Assembly (NCBI GenBank): GCA_041687695.1
Contig: JAWLBL010000030.1
Location: forward strand, 40,123 to 104,122
Direction of reading: 5' to 3'
DNA from: Myxococcota bacterium
GTDB taxonomy: Bacteria > Myxococcota_A > UBA9042 > PHBI01 > JAWLBL01
DNA: 64,000 nt
Below, in pieces: positions 29,053-38,517 of this stretch (position 1 is the stretch's first letter; every line of letters begins with the position of its first letter). Both the position numbers and the translations under genes were made by a program. The notes under the pieces were generated by a model. The model did no database searches. It was not told the origin of the DNA and saw only the letters and a program-made list of their open reading frames with translations.

Positions 29053-30510
29053 TCAACTCGAGGACAGGACGAAGGTGTGCGAGAAGGTGACCGCGCCGCC
29101 GGAGGCGGGCGGGAACTTCCAGCTCTTGACCTTGCCCGAGATGCACGAGCCGATGCTTCCGTCGCCCGTCGTGTTCTCGACGACGTTGACCGAGGTGACG
29201 CGACCGGCGGTGCCGATGACGAACTTGATCGAGACCTTGCCCTTGATGTTGGGGTTGGTCTTCAGCGCCGACTCGTAGCAGGCCTTGATGGCGCCCTTAC
29301 GGCGCGAGAAGACGCTGGCGACGCTGCTCTTGTCGATGGTGCCCGTGCCGGTCGGCGAGGACAGGCTGTCGCGGATGTTCACCCGGACGGCCACCTCCTT
29401 GCCGCTCTTCTCCTTGGACTCGGTCTTGACGGTCTTGGTCGCGATGCGGCCGCCTGCGTCGTCACCCGTCAGCTTCTTGTAGCGCTCGCCGTCGGACTTC
29501 TCGACCGCCTTCGGCGCATAGCCGCCGGCCTGGCCGGCCTCCTTGTCGGCGAACGCCACGCCGCCGTCCAGGTTGAACGCGTCGTCGAGCTTGGCCGACG
29601 CGACGCCCCCCGTCAGCGTGTTCATGCCGTCGTCACCGTCGCCGCCGTCGGACCCCAGCACGTGCAGGAAGGTCTTCTTGCGGACGTTCGAGGCGACCTC
29701 CTTGAAGCGCGCGCTGTCACGCGTCAGCTTCTTCTTCTCGCCCTGGGCCCCGTCGGGTTCGGCCGGCTTGGCCACCTTCTTCTTCTCGGGGCGCTTCTGA
29801 GGCTCGGGCTCCGGCTCGGGCTGGGGCGGCGCCTCGGCGACCTCGGTGGGGACCTCGGGCTCGTCCTTGGGCTCGTCGGGCTCCTTGATCTCGTCCTGCT
29901 CCTTTTCGCGCAGGACCTCGGCCTTGAGGACCTCGTAGGCGCGGTTGCCGCGCTTTTTCCACTGGTCCTGCAGGTACCGGCCCGTCTGGCGCCACCAGAC
30001 GTCGAGGCCCACGCCCGTGCCACCCTGCAGCAGCATGCTGATGAGCAGGATGTAGGTGAAGGTCCAGTCGATGCGCGAGCTCATCCGCTGGCGCGTCGCG
30101 GCCGGGAGCGGCGGCTGCGCCACGACCGGCGGGGCGTCGACGAACTGGAACAGCAGCGTCGTGTCGCCGATGACGACCTTGCCGCGGGCGCGCTCGTCGA
30201 GCGCCAGGATGGTCAGGTTGCCGCGCTTTTCAGCCTTGCCCGACTTGGACAGCGCCTTGAGGTCGACGATGTCGGAGCCGACCGAGACGCGGCCCTCCAT
30301 CGAGCCGTCGAAGACGAGCGCGTAGCCGTTGGCGCGCGCCTCGAAGAGCGTGTAGCTCTTGGGCAGGTGCGCCACCGGGAGGATGAACGTGTTCCGAGGG
30401 GCGGCCCCGATGGAGACGTCCTCGCGCTTACGCAGGACGCGCTCCTCGACGATCTTCCCGCCCTGGATGATCCCGATGCGCAGTACCTTGGTCTTGCCAG
30501 TGGTGGCCAT
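29053..30510 (-). CDS. GltG/PglI-like TonB/TolA-type energy transducer
   Basis: Cytoplasmic FHA-like N-terminus (VLRIGIIQGGKIVEE), one TM helix, Glu/Pro/Lys linker, C-terminal IKACYESALKTNPNIKGKVSIKFVIG...CI...WKFP. Confidence 0.85.
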   Translation of the reverse strand: MATTGKTKVLRIGIIQGGKIVEERVLRKREDVSIGAAPRNTFILPVAHLPKSYTLFEARANGYALVFDGSMEGRVSVGSDIVDLKALSKSGKAEKRGNLTILALDERARGKVVIGDTTLLFQFVDAPPVVAQPPLPAATRQRMSSRIDWTFTYILLISMLLQGGTGVGLDVWWRQTGRYLQDQWKKRGNRAYEVLKAEVLREKEQDEIKEPDEPKDEPEVPTEVAEAPPQPEPEPEPQKRPEKKKVAKPAEPDGAQGEKKKLTRDSARFKEVASNVRKKTFLHVLGSDGGDGDDGMNTLTGGVASAKLDDAFNLDGGVAFADKEAGQAGGYAPKAVEKSDGERYKKLTGDDAGGRIATKTVKTESKEKSGKEVAVRVNIRDSLSSPTGTGTIDKSSVASVFSRRKGAIKACYESALKTNPNIKGKVSIKFVIGTAGRVTSVNVVENTTGDGSIGSCISGKVKSWKFPPASGGAVTFSHTFVLSSS

Positions 30511-30731
30511 CCATCACCCATCAAAAGAGCGCCAGCACCCATGGTGGTGCGCCGTGCGCGTCTCAGGACGCGCCGGGCGCGCCGTTCTTCTGAACTGAAG
30601 ACTTCGGGACCAGCTGTGGGTCCGAGCCCGTCGGCGAAGACCTCGGTGGCCGGCGAGGGCCACCCCCGTGGGTGGTGACCCGGCGCGCGGCGTCGGAGGA
30701 CGACTGGGGTCAGCCGCCCTCCCGGGGACGG

Positions 30732-31352
30732 CTAGCGGTCGCCACCCTTGATGATGGCGAATCGAAGGTCACTGAGCCCGGCCATGCCGGCCGAGTGGAC
30801 GACCTCCGCGATGATGCGGAAGGGGATGTCCTTGTCGCAGATGATGGTGATGACACCCTTGAACTCGCGGCCCAGCTCTTTGTTCTCGGCCTTGAGCTGC
30901 TTGACCATCTCGTCCAGCTTCTTGAACAGCGGCTGGATGAGGAAGCTCGACTCGGACCCGTCCTCCTTGAAGGACTTGTCGACGGCGTAGCCGTTGCCGA
31001 CCTCGACGTAGTCCTCGTCCTGGCACACCTGGCCGCCCGCCGTCGTGCAGTCGATCTTCACGATCAACTTGTGGTCGACGATGACGCCCTTCTTGGTGAT
31101 GGTGACCGGGATCGAGTCTTCCGGGTCGTAGTTGGCCGTCGAGTTGGCCAGCTGCAGGTAGTTGTCCTGCGTGATGTTGAGCGGATCGCTGACGATGGTC
31201 ACCAGGAGGAAGACGAGGAGGATCGTCATGATGTCCATCATCGAGTTGATGTTGAGACCGCCGCCCTCCTTGTCGCCGCGGCGTCCCTTCCTGGGCTTCT
31301 TGACGTAGTCCTCGTCGCCCTCGAAGATCTCGTTTTCCTGGTTGTCCGACAT
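30732..31352 (-). CDS. ExbD/TolR family protein (AglS-like)
   Basis: LNINSMMDIMTILLVFLL TM with the conserved Asp. CDKDIPFRII...AGMAG. GAGG RBS. Confidence 0.88.
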   Translation of the reverse strand: MSDNQENEIFEGDEDYVKKPRKGRRGDKEGGGLNINSMMDIMTILLVFLLVTIVSDPLNITQDNYLQLANSTANYDPEDSIPVTITKKGVIVDHKLIVKIDCTTAGGQVCQDEDYVEVGNGYAVDKSFKEDGSESSFLIQPLFKKLDEMVKQLKAENKELGREFKGVITIICDKDIPFRIIAEVVHSAGMAGLSDLRFAIIKGGDR

Positions 31353-31407
31353 CGTCTTCCTCACGGATGCAAAGGACGGGTTGACTCGCGCATCCTTACA
31401 GGGGGAT

Positions 31408-32019
31408 CTACTCGGCTACGACGAAGACCACGGCCGGGAAGAGGGCGACCGGCTCCTTGCTGCCGTCCTTCACCTCGGTCTTCGGCTGGGCCTTCATGTA
31501 CTCGGCAAGGTCGGTGTACTCGTCCTTCTCGAGCCGGACACGGGTCGCGTCGATGGTCCGGGCAATGATGTGCCACGGGATGTTCATCTCGGCGCCGATG
31601 TTGATCGTCTTCTCGTCGGGGTACTGGGTCTTCTTGGCGGCGAGCTTGGAGTACAGGGCCGGGTAGTCGTACTCCTCGACCTCCGTCATCACCCCGTCCT
31701 TGTTCGGCACCTGGAAGGTCCGCTTGTAGATCTTCGGCTCTTCCTCGGTGGTGTGCTCGGCCTGCTGCTTGATGGTGAAGCCCTTGCTGGTGATGAGCAC
31801 CGTCAGGTTCAGGGGCTTCTTCTCGTTCTCGTCCGGCTTCTTGGCGGAGCCGCTTCCGAGGCGCGGAGCGTTCACGGCCTGGATCTTCACCTCGTAGAAG
31901 GTGAAGGCGAAGAGCAGCACCGGGATGAGGATGACGAGGATGGACATGATCGGGGTGAGGTTGAGCTCTTCAGCTGCCTCATCACCGCCATGTCGGCGTG
32001 AAGACGGGGTGCGTGCCAT
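31408..32019 (-). CDS. ExbD/TolR family protein (AglQ position)
   Basis: ELNLTPIMSILVILIPVLL TM, YDYPALYSKL, C-terminal LFPAVVF. Confidence 0.85.
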   Translation of the reverse strand: MARTPSSRRHGGDEAAEELNLTPIMSILVILIPVLLFAFTFYEVKIQAVNAPRLGSGSAKKPDENEKKPLNLTVLITSKGFTIKQQAEHTTEEEPKIYKRTFQVPNKDGVMTEVEEYDYPALYSKLAAKKTQYPDEKTINIGAEMNIPWHIIARTIDATRVRLEKDEYTDLAEYMKAQPKTEVKDGSKEPVALFPAVVFVVAE

Positions 32020-32108
32020 GAAGTGCCTCCGGCCTGGTTCGGAACGGCTCGGCGGCCGCGCCCGACACCCACGAAGGGCGGGGCCGCCGAGCTGAGGTAG
32101 GGCCTAGC

Positions 32109-32753
32109 TTAGCCGCGGTCCGAGCCCGGCTTGTTGCGGGAGATGAGCAGGTTCTCGAGCTTGACCGAGTAGAGGTCGATCTCGTCGATGATCTTCTTGG
32201 TCACGCCGCTGAGGATGACGTGGGCGCCGATGCAGGGGATGGCCACGATGAGGCCGAAGGCCGTCGTGTTCATCGCGAGCGAGATGTTCCGGCCCAGCGC
32301 CTCCTGGCGCTTGTCCGGAGCCACCGTCGCCAGATCCGCGAAGGCGCCGATCATGCCGATGATGGTGCCGAGGAGGCCCAGCAGGGTCGCGATGTTGGCG
32401 ATCGCCTGGAGCGCGTTGGTGCGCTTCTGGATGATCGGCACCACCTCGAGGGTGGCCTCCTCGACCGCGTTCTGGATCTCCTCCGAGCCCTTGTTGGCGC
32501 GGGTGAGGCCGGCCTTGATGACCCGGGCCAGCGCCGCGGACGGGGCCGCGTTGCAGAGCTTGATGGCCTTGTCGATCGAGTTGGCCATCACGAGCTTCTG
32601 GATTTGAGCCATGAACGCGTTGGCGTTGATGTTGTACTTGAAGAACAGGAAGATGACCCGCTCGATGATGATGCCGATGCCAAGAATCGAGGCGCACAGG
32701 ATGACGTACATCCAGATGCCACCCTCGCTCATCGCCTTCGCAATCTGGTCCAT
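32109..32753 (-). CDS. MotA/TolQ/ExbB proton channel (AglR-like)
   Basis: IIIER, ANIATLLGLLGTIIGMI, AMNTTAFGLIVAIP. GGGAGG RBS. Confidence 0.92.
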   Translation of the reverse strand: MDQIAKAMSEGGIWMYVILCASILGIGIIIERVIFLFFKYNINANAFMAQIQKLVMANSIDKAIKLCNAAPSAALARVIKAGLTRANKGSEEIQNAVEEATLEVVPIIQKRTNALQAIANIATLLGLLGTIIGMIGAFADLATVAPDKRQEALGRNISLAMNTTAFGLIVAIPCIGAHVILSGVTKKIIDEIDLYSVKLENLLISRNKPGSDRG

Positions 32754-32876
32754 GGACTCTCTACCTCCCGTGGGACGCGGTCGACTCGGCCCTTCCAACC
32801 CGACCGTGCTCTTGATGACCTACTTCAGCTCGGTGTCCCAGTAACCCCTGGGTACCCCGTACCCGGGGCCCTGAAA

Positions 32877-32905
32877 CGCTTACCTGCCCTCGGGCGCGCG
32901 GTCAA
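32877..32905 (-). promoter_or_regulatory. Candidate internal promoter upstream of the aglR-like gene
   Basis: TTGACC-N17-TAAGCG on the minus strand within a 380-bp intergenic gap. Confidence 0.35.
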
Positions 32906-33135
32906 GCCCACAGCAGCCTGATCTTCATCGGGTTTACGAGCGGTTGCGCGCTCGGCTGCGGACAAGGGACGCGCGACTGCGCTGAAGCTTACAGCACCGG
33001 GACCGCTCCACCGTGGAGGACGGCCCCACACCGCTGGTGCACGGCCGCTGCAAGGCGGTCGCGCCCCGACGGACGCTCTCGGCCAGCGGGAGGGACCCGA
33101 TGGCCGGCTCTGGCACGGATGGTTGGCCACGCTCT

Positions 33136-33417
33136 TCAGAACGGGTTCTTCCGCGCAGAGGTCACGATTCGGTCGACGAAGCTCTGGTCGAGCTTGAGCC
33201 CACGATAGCGGAACTCGGCCCGTCCAAGCACGTAAAATACCTGAGGTTTTGAGATCTTGCCCTCGATCTCGAGCTCGCCGAGATCGATCACGCCGCCGTC
33301 CTTCTTGCCGGCGTCGTCCTGGGCGGAGGCCGGCGCCGGCGACACCAGCGCGAGCAGCCCCATGAGGGCCATGGCCAGCCTGGTGAGGCGGCGCGTCGAT
33401 GTGGAGGTCGTCGTCAT
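33136..33417 (-). CDS. GltF/CglF-like small secreted protein
   Basis: Signal peptide ASA|Q, then VIDLGELEIEGKISKPQVFYVL...SFVDRI...NPF. Follows the GltD/E-like genes. Alternative start at 33426. Confidence 0.75.
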   Translation of the reverse strand: MTTTSTSTRRLTRLAMALMGLLALVSPAPASAQDDAGKKDGGVIDLGELEIEGKISKPQVFYVLGRAEFRYRGLKLDQSFVDRIVTSARKNPF

Positions 33418-33538
33418 CGGCTGCATCCCCGAAACCCCGAAGCCGCTCCCGGCGGCAGCGACGGCATTGTAACCTGCCACGCCACCCACGTCGACGGCGA
33501 CCATGCGTCCGGTTACCGCTTCACGCGCGCGACGCGGC

Positions 33539-34933
33539 TCAGACACCGTCGCCCTCCTCGGCCGGCGCAGGCGCGGCGGGCGCCGCGTCCGTGGGCGCGC
33601 CGTCGAAGGCCTCGTCCGGCGGCGCCGTGGGCGGCTCGTCGCCGGGCGGGTCTTCGCTCGGCGGCGCCTCGGCGGGCGCGGGATCCGCCGACTTGAGCTC
33701 CTCCTGCTTGCGCTGCTGCTCCTGCTCGATGAGCAGCTTCGCCTCGCCGATGAACTTGTCGACGTCGGCCAGATCGGCGCCGCGTGGGTTCGCCTCGCGC
33801 TTGTAGGTGTTGAAGGCCTCGATGGCGGCGTTGAGCTGCGCCTCGCGCTCGCGCCCCGGCAGGCGGTTCTCGAGGTAGAGGATGCCCAGGTTGTACCAGG
33901 CGTCCCAGAGCCGCGGGTCGAGCGCCAGCGCCTTCTTCCAGCTGGCCTCGGCGTCGTCGAAGCGGCCGGCGCCTCGTTGGGCGCTGCCCAGGTTCAGGTG
34001 CGCGTACGCGAAGGCCGGCGCCGCCGCGACCGCGCGCCCGAGGACGTCCATCGCCGCCTCGTGGTTGCGGACCCGGTTGTAGACGACGCCCAGGTTGTTG
34101 AGCGCCTCGAGGTTGCCGGGCTGCGCCGCGATCGCCTGCTCGAGGCGGCCGCGGGCCTCGAGCAGCTTGCCCCGGTTCATCAGGATGCCCGAGAGCAGGA
34201 CCAACGCCTCGGCGTCCTTGTCGAGCTCGAGCACGCGATCGATGATCGACTCGGCCGTCGCGTCCTTGCCCAGCGCCAGATAGGTGCGGGCCAGAATCTT
34301 CATCGCCGCGACCGAGGTCTCGGCCTTCTTCAGCACCGCCGTCGCCGTGCGCTGCGCCGCCGGATGCTGCCCGGTGAGCAGCTGGCCCTCGGCCAGCGCG
34401 ATCTGTAGCGCCAGGTCGTCGCGGGCCTGGTTGGCGACGCGCTCGACATCCTTGAGCACGCCGTCGGCCATGCGCTGCGGCGCGGCCAGGCGCAGCTGCA
34501 GCACCCAGCAGGGCGCGTGGCGAGGCGCGACGGCCGTGCAGGTCTTGGTCGCGGCCCAGGCCTCGGGGACGCTGCCCTTGTGCAGCTTGAGCCGCGCCAG
34601 CTGGAAGTGCGCGCCGGCGGCCTTGTCGTCGATGGTCAGCGCCAGGCCGATCTTGGCCTCGGCCGCGTTCAGCGAGCCCTTGTCGAGCAGCTGACCGCCC
34701 TCCCAGGCGTAGCGCTCGGCCTGGCTGAGGCCGGCCGGAGCGCCTCCGGCAGGGGCGTCTTCGTCGACCGGCGCCTCGGTCGGCTCGGGCTCGGCCGGCG
34801 CGTCGGCGGGCGCTTCGGCGGGCGCGGCCTCGACGGGCGGGTCGGTCTGAGCGACGGCCCGGGGCACGACCATGACGACCGCGGCCAGGCCCCCGACGAC
34901 GGTCAGGAGGCGACGGAGCGTGGGCGCGCTCAT
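33539..34933 (-). CDS. TPR protein, GltE/AglT-like
   Basis: Signal peptide, TPRs (ALNNLGV, AHLNLG, AWYNLGILYL). ATG overlaps the upstream TGA. Confidence 0.85.
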   Translation of the reverse strand: MSAPTLRRLLTVVGGLAAVVMVVPRAVAQTDPPVEAAPAEAPADAPAEPEPTEAPVDEDAPAGGAPAGLSQAERYAWEGGQLLDKGSLNAAEAKIGLALTIDDKAAGAHFQLARLKLHKGSVPEAWAATKTCTAVAPRHAPCWVLQLRLAAPQRMADGVLKDVERVANQARDDLALQIALAEGQLLTGQHPAAQRTATAVLKKAETSVAAMKILARTYLALGKDATAESIIDRVLELDKDAEALVLLSGILMNRGKLLEARGRLEQAIAAQPGNLEALNNLGVVYNRVRNHEAAMDVLGRAVAAAPAFAYAHLNLGSAQRGAGRFDDAEASWKKALALDPRLWDAWYNLGILYLENRLPGREREAQLNAAIEAFNTYKREANPRGADLADVDKFIGEAKLLIEQEQQRKQEELKSADPAPAEAPPSEDPPGDEPPTAPPDEAFDGAPTDAAPAAPAPAEEGDGV

Positions 34934-37900
34934 CAGCGGACCTCCGGCGCGCGCGTGTCGATCGTGTAGAGCGGCTCGAACTGCGCGCGGAGCTTCTCTT
35001 CCTTGAAGAGCGGGTACTTGTCCGGCTGGTACTTGTTGATGGCCTCGAGGGCCTGACGGGCGCACTGGTTGGTGACCTTGAGCCGGCGCGACTGCTCGAC
35101 CGTCGTCTCGTAGCGCTCGATGGCGACGTTCTCGTACTTCAAGCCCTCGTCCTCGATCATGACGATGTAGGCGTCGAGCTCCTCCTCGCTGAGGCCGTCG
35201 GGCTCGGGCGCGGCGTACAGCGTCGCGGCGAACTCCTTGAAGAGGTCGCCGAGGCGGACGTAGGCGCAGATGGTCCAGTCGACCGCCTTGTACTGGAAGA
35301 CGTCGGCGTACTCGTTCTGAAGCTCGCCCAGGAACTTCTGCTTGCGCGACAGGTCCAGGGCCTGCTTCTTCTGGTTGCCCCTGAGCCGGATGGCCGCGTA
35401 CTCCTGAAAGCGCAGCTCGATGAGCTCGTAGCGCGCCTTGGCCGCGGCCACCGAGGCCTCACCCCCGGGCTCGAGCGCGCGCGCCGAGAACTCGCGCAGC
35501 ACCTCTTGCCAGTGCTTCTGGGCGGTCGAGGTCTTGCCCTGCTTCTTGGCCAGGTCACCCAGGCGCATCGTGGCCAGCACCACCCGGTTGTCCATGCCGA
35601 CCGTCCCGCGGAACCGGTCGACGAAGGCCTTCCACACCCGCTCCTGCTCGCGCTCGTCGCCCAGCTTCTCGTACAGCTCGCCGGCCCGGAACAGGGCCGT
35701 CGCCGCGTCGGGCCGGTCGCCGAACAGGCCGGCGTAGCGCTCGTAGGTCCGCGCCGCGTCCAGCGTGTCGCCGTTGTTCTCTTGCAGCGTCGCGGCCTGG
35801 TAGAGCGCGTAGGAGCGGTTCTCGCTGGACTCGTAGCGGCCGACCAGGGCCAGGTAGGCGGTCGTCGCCTTGTCGAACTGGAAGAACAGCTTGTAGTTCT
35901 CGGCCAGCTCGAACAGCGAGTCCTCGGCGAACTCGCTCTTGTTGAAGCGGCTGTCCGTCACCAGCTTCTCGAACAGGCGCGAGGCCGAGTCGTAGTACTT
36001 GACCTCCTTGTAGGCGCTGGCGGCGTTGTAGTAGGCCTTGTCCGCGAAGGGGGCGTCGGGGTTCTGGTCGGCCAGGCGCTCGAACTCGCGCGCCGCCTCG
36101 AGGTAGCTCTTGGCGGCGAGCAGCGCCTCGGCGTGCTGGAACTGCGCGCCCAGCTTGAAGACCTTGATCTCCTTGCGGATGGCGGCCTGCTGCTCGGCGT
36201 TGCCCAGGGCCAGGCGGTCGGCGAGATCGGCCCACTTCTCGAGGTTGGGCCAGTCGTTCTCCTCGCGATACGAGTTGATGATGTTCGCGATGGCGTTCGC
36301 CGCCACCTCCTCGGTGGGGTGGCACGACAGGATCTGCTCGTAGCGCCGCCGGGCCTCGGGGAGATCGCGGTAGCGGTAGTGCATGTCGGCGGCCTGGTAG
36401 GCCAGCTGCGACTGCGCCTTGCGCCCGCCGTCGCGCTGCAGATCGCGGATGACGTAGAAGTCGATCGCCTCGATCCACACGCGGACGGCCTCGGGCAGCG
36501 TCTCGGCCGTCACGCGACGCGTATCGTCGCCGCCCTCGGCGGGGGGCGCCGCCCAGTCGCGCAGCGGATCGCTCTTGGGGTCCAGGACGCCCTGGTCCAC
36601 CAACCCGCCGAGGATCTTCTCGTGGGACTTGATGGCCGACCAGGCGGCGACCTCGCGGTAGGTGTCGTGGTGGGCGTGGCCGGCGACCGTCGAATACGCG
36701 CGCGCCGCCTTGTCGAACTGCCCCGAGTAGTAGAGCGCCTCGGCCAGGTAGAAGGCCATCTCGTAGCTGGCCGGCTCGGTCGGGTAGCGGTCCAGGTAGG
36801 CCTGGTAGGCCTCGGCCGCGCGCAGGTACTGGTCCTGGGCCTCGACCAGCAGCGACGGGTCCTCTTCCAGGCGGGCCTGGGTCTTCAGCTCCTGCGCGCG
36901 CTGGTGGTGCCACAGCGCGCGCTCGCGCAGGGCCCGCTCCACCGCGGCGGTCGCCTCGCGCTGCGCCCGCGGGTCGCCGGCGTTCGCGCGCGCCCAGGGG
37001 CTGTCGGCCGCGAACATGGCGGCGAGGCGCTTGCGCTCCTCGGTGGCCTGGTTCACGTCGCGCAGCACGTCGTAGATCTTCACGACCTGCATCTGCCAGT
37101 CGATCGCCTTGGGCGAGCTCGCCTGGCGCCGCAGCAGCTCGCGGTAGACCTCGATGGACTCCGCGTACTTGGTGCGATCGTGCAGGTTGTACAGGCTCTC
37201 GGCGTAGCGCTCGATGATGTCGGTCTCGTAGGGCGCGCCCTCGCTGAGGTACGACAGCGCGCGCCCGACGCCCGCCGCGTCGTCCTTGAGCCCGTCGGCG
37301 TCCCAGTCGTCTTCGGCCAGGCTCTTGGCGAGGTAGTCGATGGCCTCCTCGCGCAGCGCGCTGCCGGTGCCTTCGCTGGCGTCCTGGTTCTTGTCGTACC
37401 AGGCGATGAGCTGCTTGAAGGTCTTGATGGCCTGGTCGTAGTCGTAGACCTGGAAGTAGGTCCAGGCCAGCTTGTACAGCGCCTTGTCGTAGTACTTGGA
37501 CTGCGAGTACTGCATGGCGGCGATGTAGGCCTCGGAGGCCTGCCGGAACTCGCCGTTGTCGAAGAGGATCTCGCCGACCCGGAGCAGCACCTCGGGGGCG
37601 TACTCGCTCTTGGGGAAGCGGTCGACCAGCTGCTGCCAGGCGACCTGCGCCTCGCGATCCTCGCCCGCCTCGTTGAGGACGTAGCCGAGCAGGTAGTACA
37701 CCGCGTCGCCGTAGCGGTAGCGCTCGCCGAAGCGCTGGATGAGCTGCCGGTACACGCGGATGGAGTCGGCGTACTCGCGCTCGGGCGCCTGCGGCTCCTC
37801 GGGGATCTTGCCGCGCTGATACAGGGCGCGCTCGGCGTCGTAGCGCTCGGCGGCGTCCTGGTAGTCCACCGCGCTGCGCTCGTAGTACAGCTCGGCCAGG

Positions 37901-38517
37901 CGGAACATCGCGTCGGGCGTGTAGCGATCGTCGCTCGGGTACTTCCGGACGAAGCCCTCGAAGCGCTTGATGGCGTCCTCGCGGCGGCTGCGCTCCTCGA
38001 CGTCGACGTCGGCCACCAGCTTGTCGTAGCGGCGCGTGAGCCCGAGGCGCCGCTTGTCGATGGCCTGCTTGACGATGGTGTGGACCTCCTTGCGGAAGTC
38101 CTCGGACGTGTCGACGTAGCGCTGGACGCTCTTCTCGAAGGCCAGGCGCTCGGCCTCGACCTTGAGGTCCGTCGGGCGGCTCGGCGCGGCCTCTTGTCCG
38201 ACCTTCTGGGCCTTGGCCTTGTCGGCGGCGAGGTCTCGCTCGCACTTGGGCAGCTCGCTCGCGCCCGGCGCCGCAGCGGGCGGCTCCTCGGTCGGCGCGG
38301 AGTCGGCCTCTTCGGTGGCCGCCTCGTCACCCGGCGTGGGTGCTTCGGGTGAAGTCTGGTCGGTCGCCTCGGTCGGCGCCTCGTCCCCGGGCGCCTCCTC
38401 GGCGGGCGCCTCCTCGGCGGCCTTGTCGTCCATCGGTTGGGCCGCGGCCGGCGCCGCGAGCCCCAGGCCCACGCACGCCACGATCGCCGCGCGGCAGCTC
38501 GGCCAAAGGCGCCTCAC
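34933..38517 (-). CDS. Large TPR protein (about 1194 aa), GltD/AgmU-like
   Basis: GTG start in a GTGA overlap. Signal peptide. TPRs: DAMFRLAELYYE, ALYKLAWTY, LREEAIDYL, AYYNAA. Confidence 0.85.
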   Translation of the reverse strand: MRRLWPSCRAAIVACVGLGLAAPAAAQPMDDKAAEEAPAEEAPGDEAPTEATDQTSPEAPTPGDEAATEEADSAPTEEPPAAAPGASELPKCERDLAADKAKAQKVGQEAAPSRPTDLKVEAERLAFEKSVQRYVDTSEDFRKEVHTIVKQAIDKRRLGLTRRYDKLVADVDVEERSRREDAIKRFEGFVRKYPSDDRYTPDAMFRLAELYYERSAVDYQDAAERYDAERALYQRGKIPEEPQAPEREYADSIRVYRQLIQRFGERYRYGDAVYYLLGYVLNEAGEDREAQVAWQQLVDRFPKSEYAPEVLLRVGEILFDNGEFRQASEAYIAAMQYSQSKYYDKALYKLAWTYFQVYDYDQAIKTFKQLIAWYDKNQDASEGTGSALREEAIDYLAKSLAEDDWDADGLKDDAAGVGRALSYLSEGAPYETDIIERYAESLYNLHDRTKYAESIEVYRELLRRQASSPKAIDWQMQVVKIYDVLRDVNQATEERKRLAAMFAADSPWARANAGDPRAQREATAAVERALRERALWHHQRAQELKTQARLEEDPSLLVEAQDQYLRAAEAYQAYLDRYPTEPASYEMAFYLAEALYYSGQFDKAARAYSTVAGHAHHDTYREVAAWSAIKSHEKILGGLVDQGVLDPKSDPLRDWAAPPAEGGDDTRRVTAETLPEAVRVWIEAIDFYVIRDLQRDGGRKAQSQLAYQAADMHYRYRDLPEARRRYEQILSCHPTEEVAANAIANIINSYREENDWPNLEKWADLADRLALGNAEQQAAIRKEIKVFKLGAQFQHAEALLAAKSYLEAAREFERLADQNPDAPFADKAYYNAASAYKEVKYYDSASRLFEKLVTDSRFNKSEFAEDSLFELAENYKLFFQFDKATTAYLALVGRYESSENRSYALYQAATLQENNGDTLDAARTYERYAGLFGDRPDAATALFRAGELYEKLGDEREQERVWKAFVDRFRGTVGMDNRVVLATMRLGDLAKKQGKTSTAQKHWQEVLREFSARALEPGGEASVAAAKARYELIELRFQEYAAIRLRGNQKKQALDLSRKQKFLGELQNEYADVFQYKAVDWTICAYVRLGDLFKEFAATLYAAPEPDGLSEEELDAYIVMIEDEGLKYENVAIERYETTVEQSRRLKVTNQCARQALEAINKYQPDKYPLFKEEKLRAQFEPLYTIDTRAPEVR

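Noticed and set aside
30511..30731. Possible small ORF (about 49 aa) between the ExbD and gltG-like genes
   Set aside because: Atypical codon usage, no signal peptide and no GltF-like motif.
29053..32753. Slightly lower GC of the motor genes as a sign of horizontal transfer
   Set aside because: Third positions remain G/C-rich. The shift reflects Lys/Ile-rich proteins, and no mobility genes or att sites are visible.
33111..33127. TGGCACG sigma54-like box
   Set aside because: The -12 GC spacing is wrong and the orientation is opposite to the neighbouring genes.
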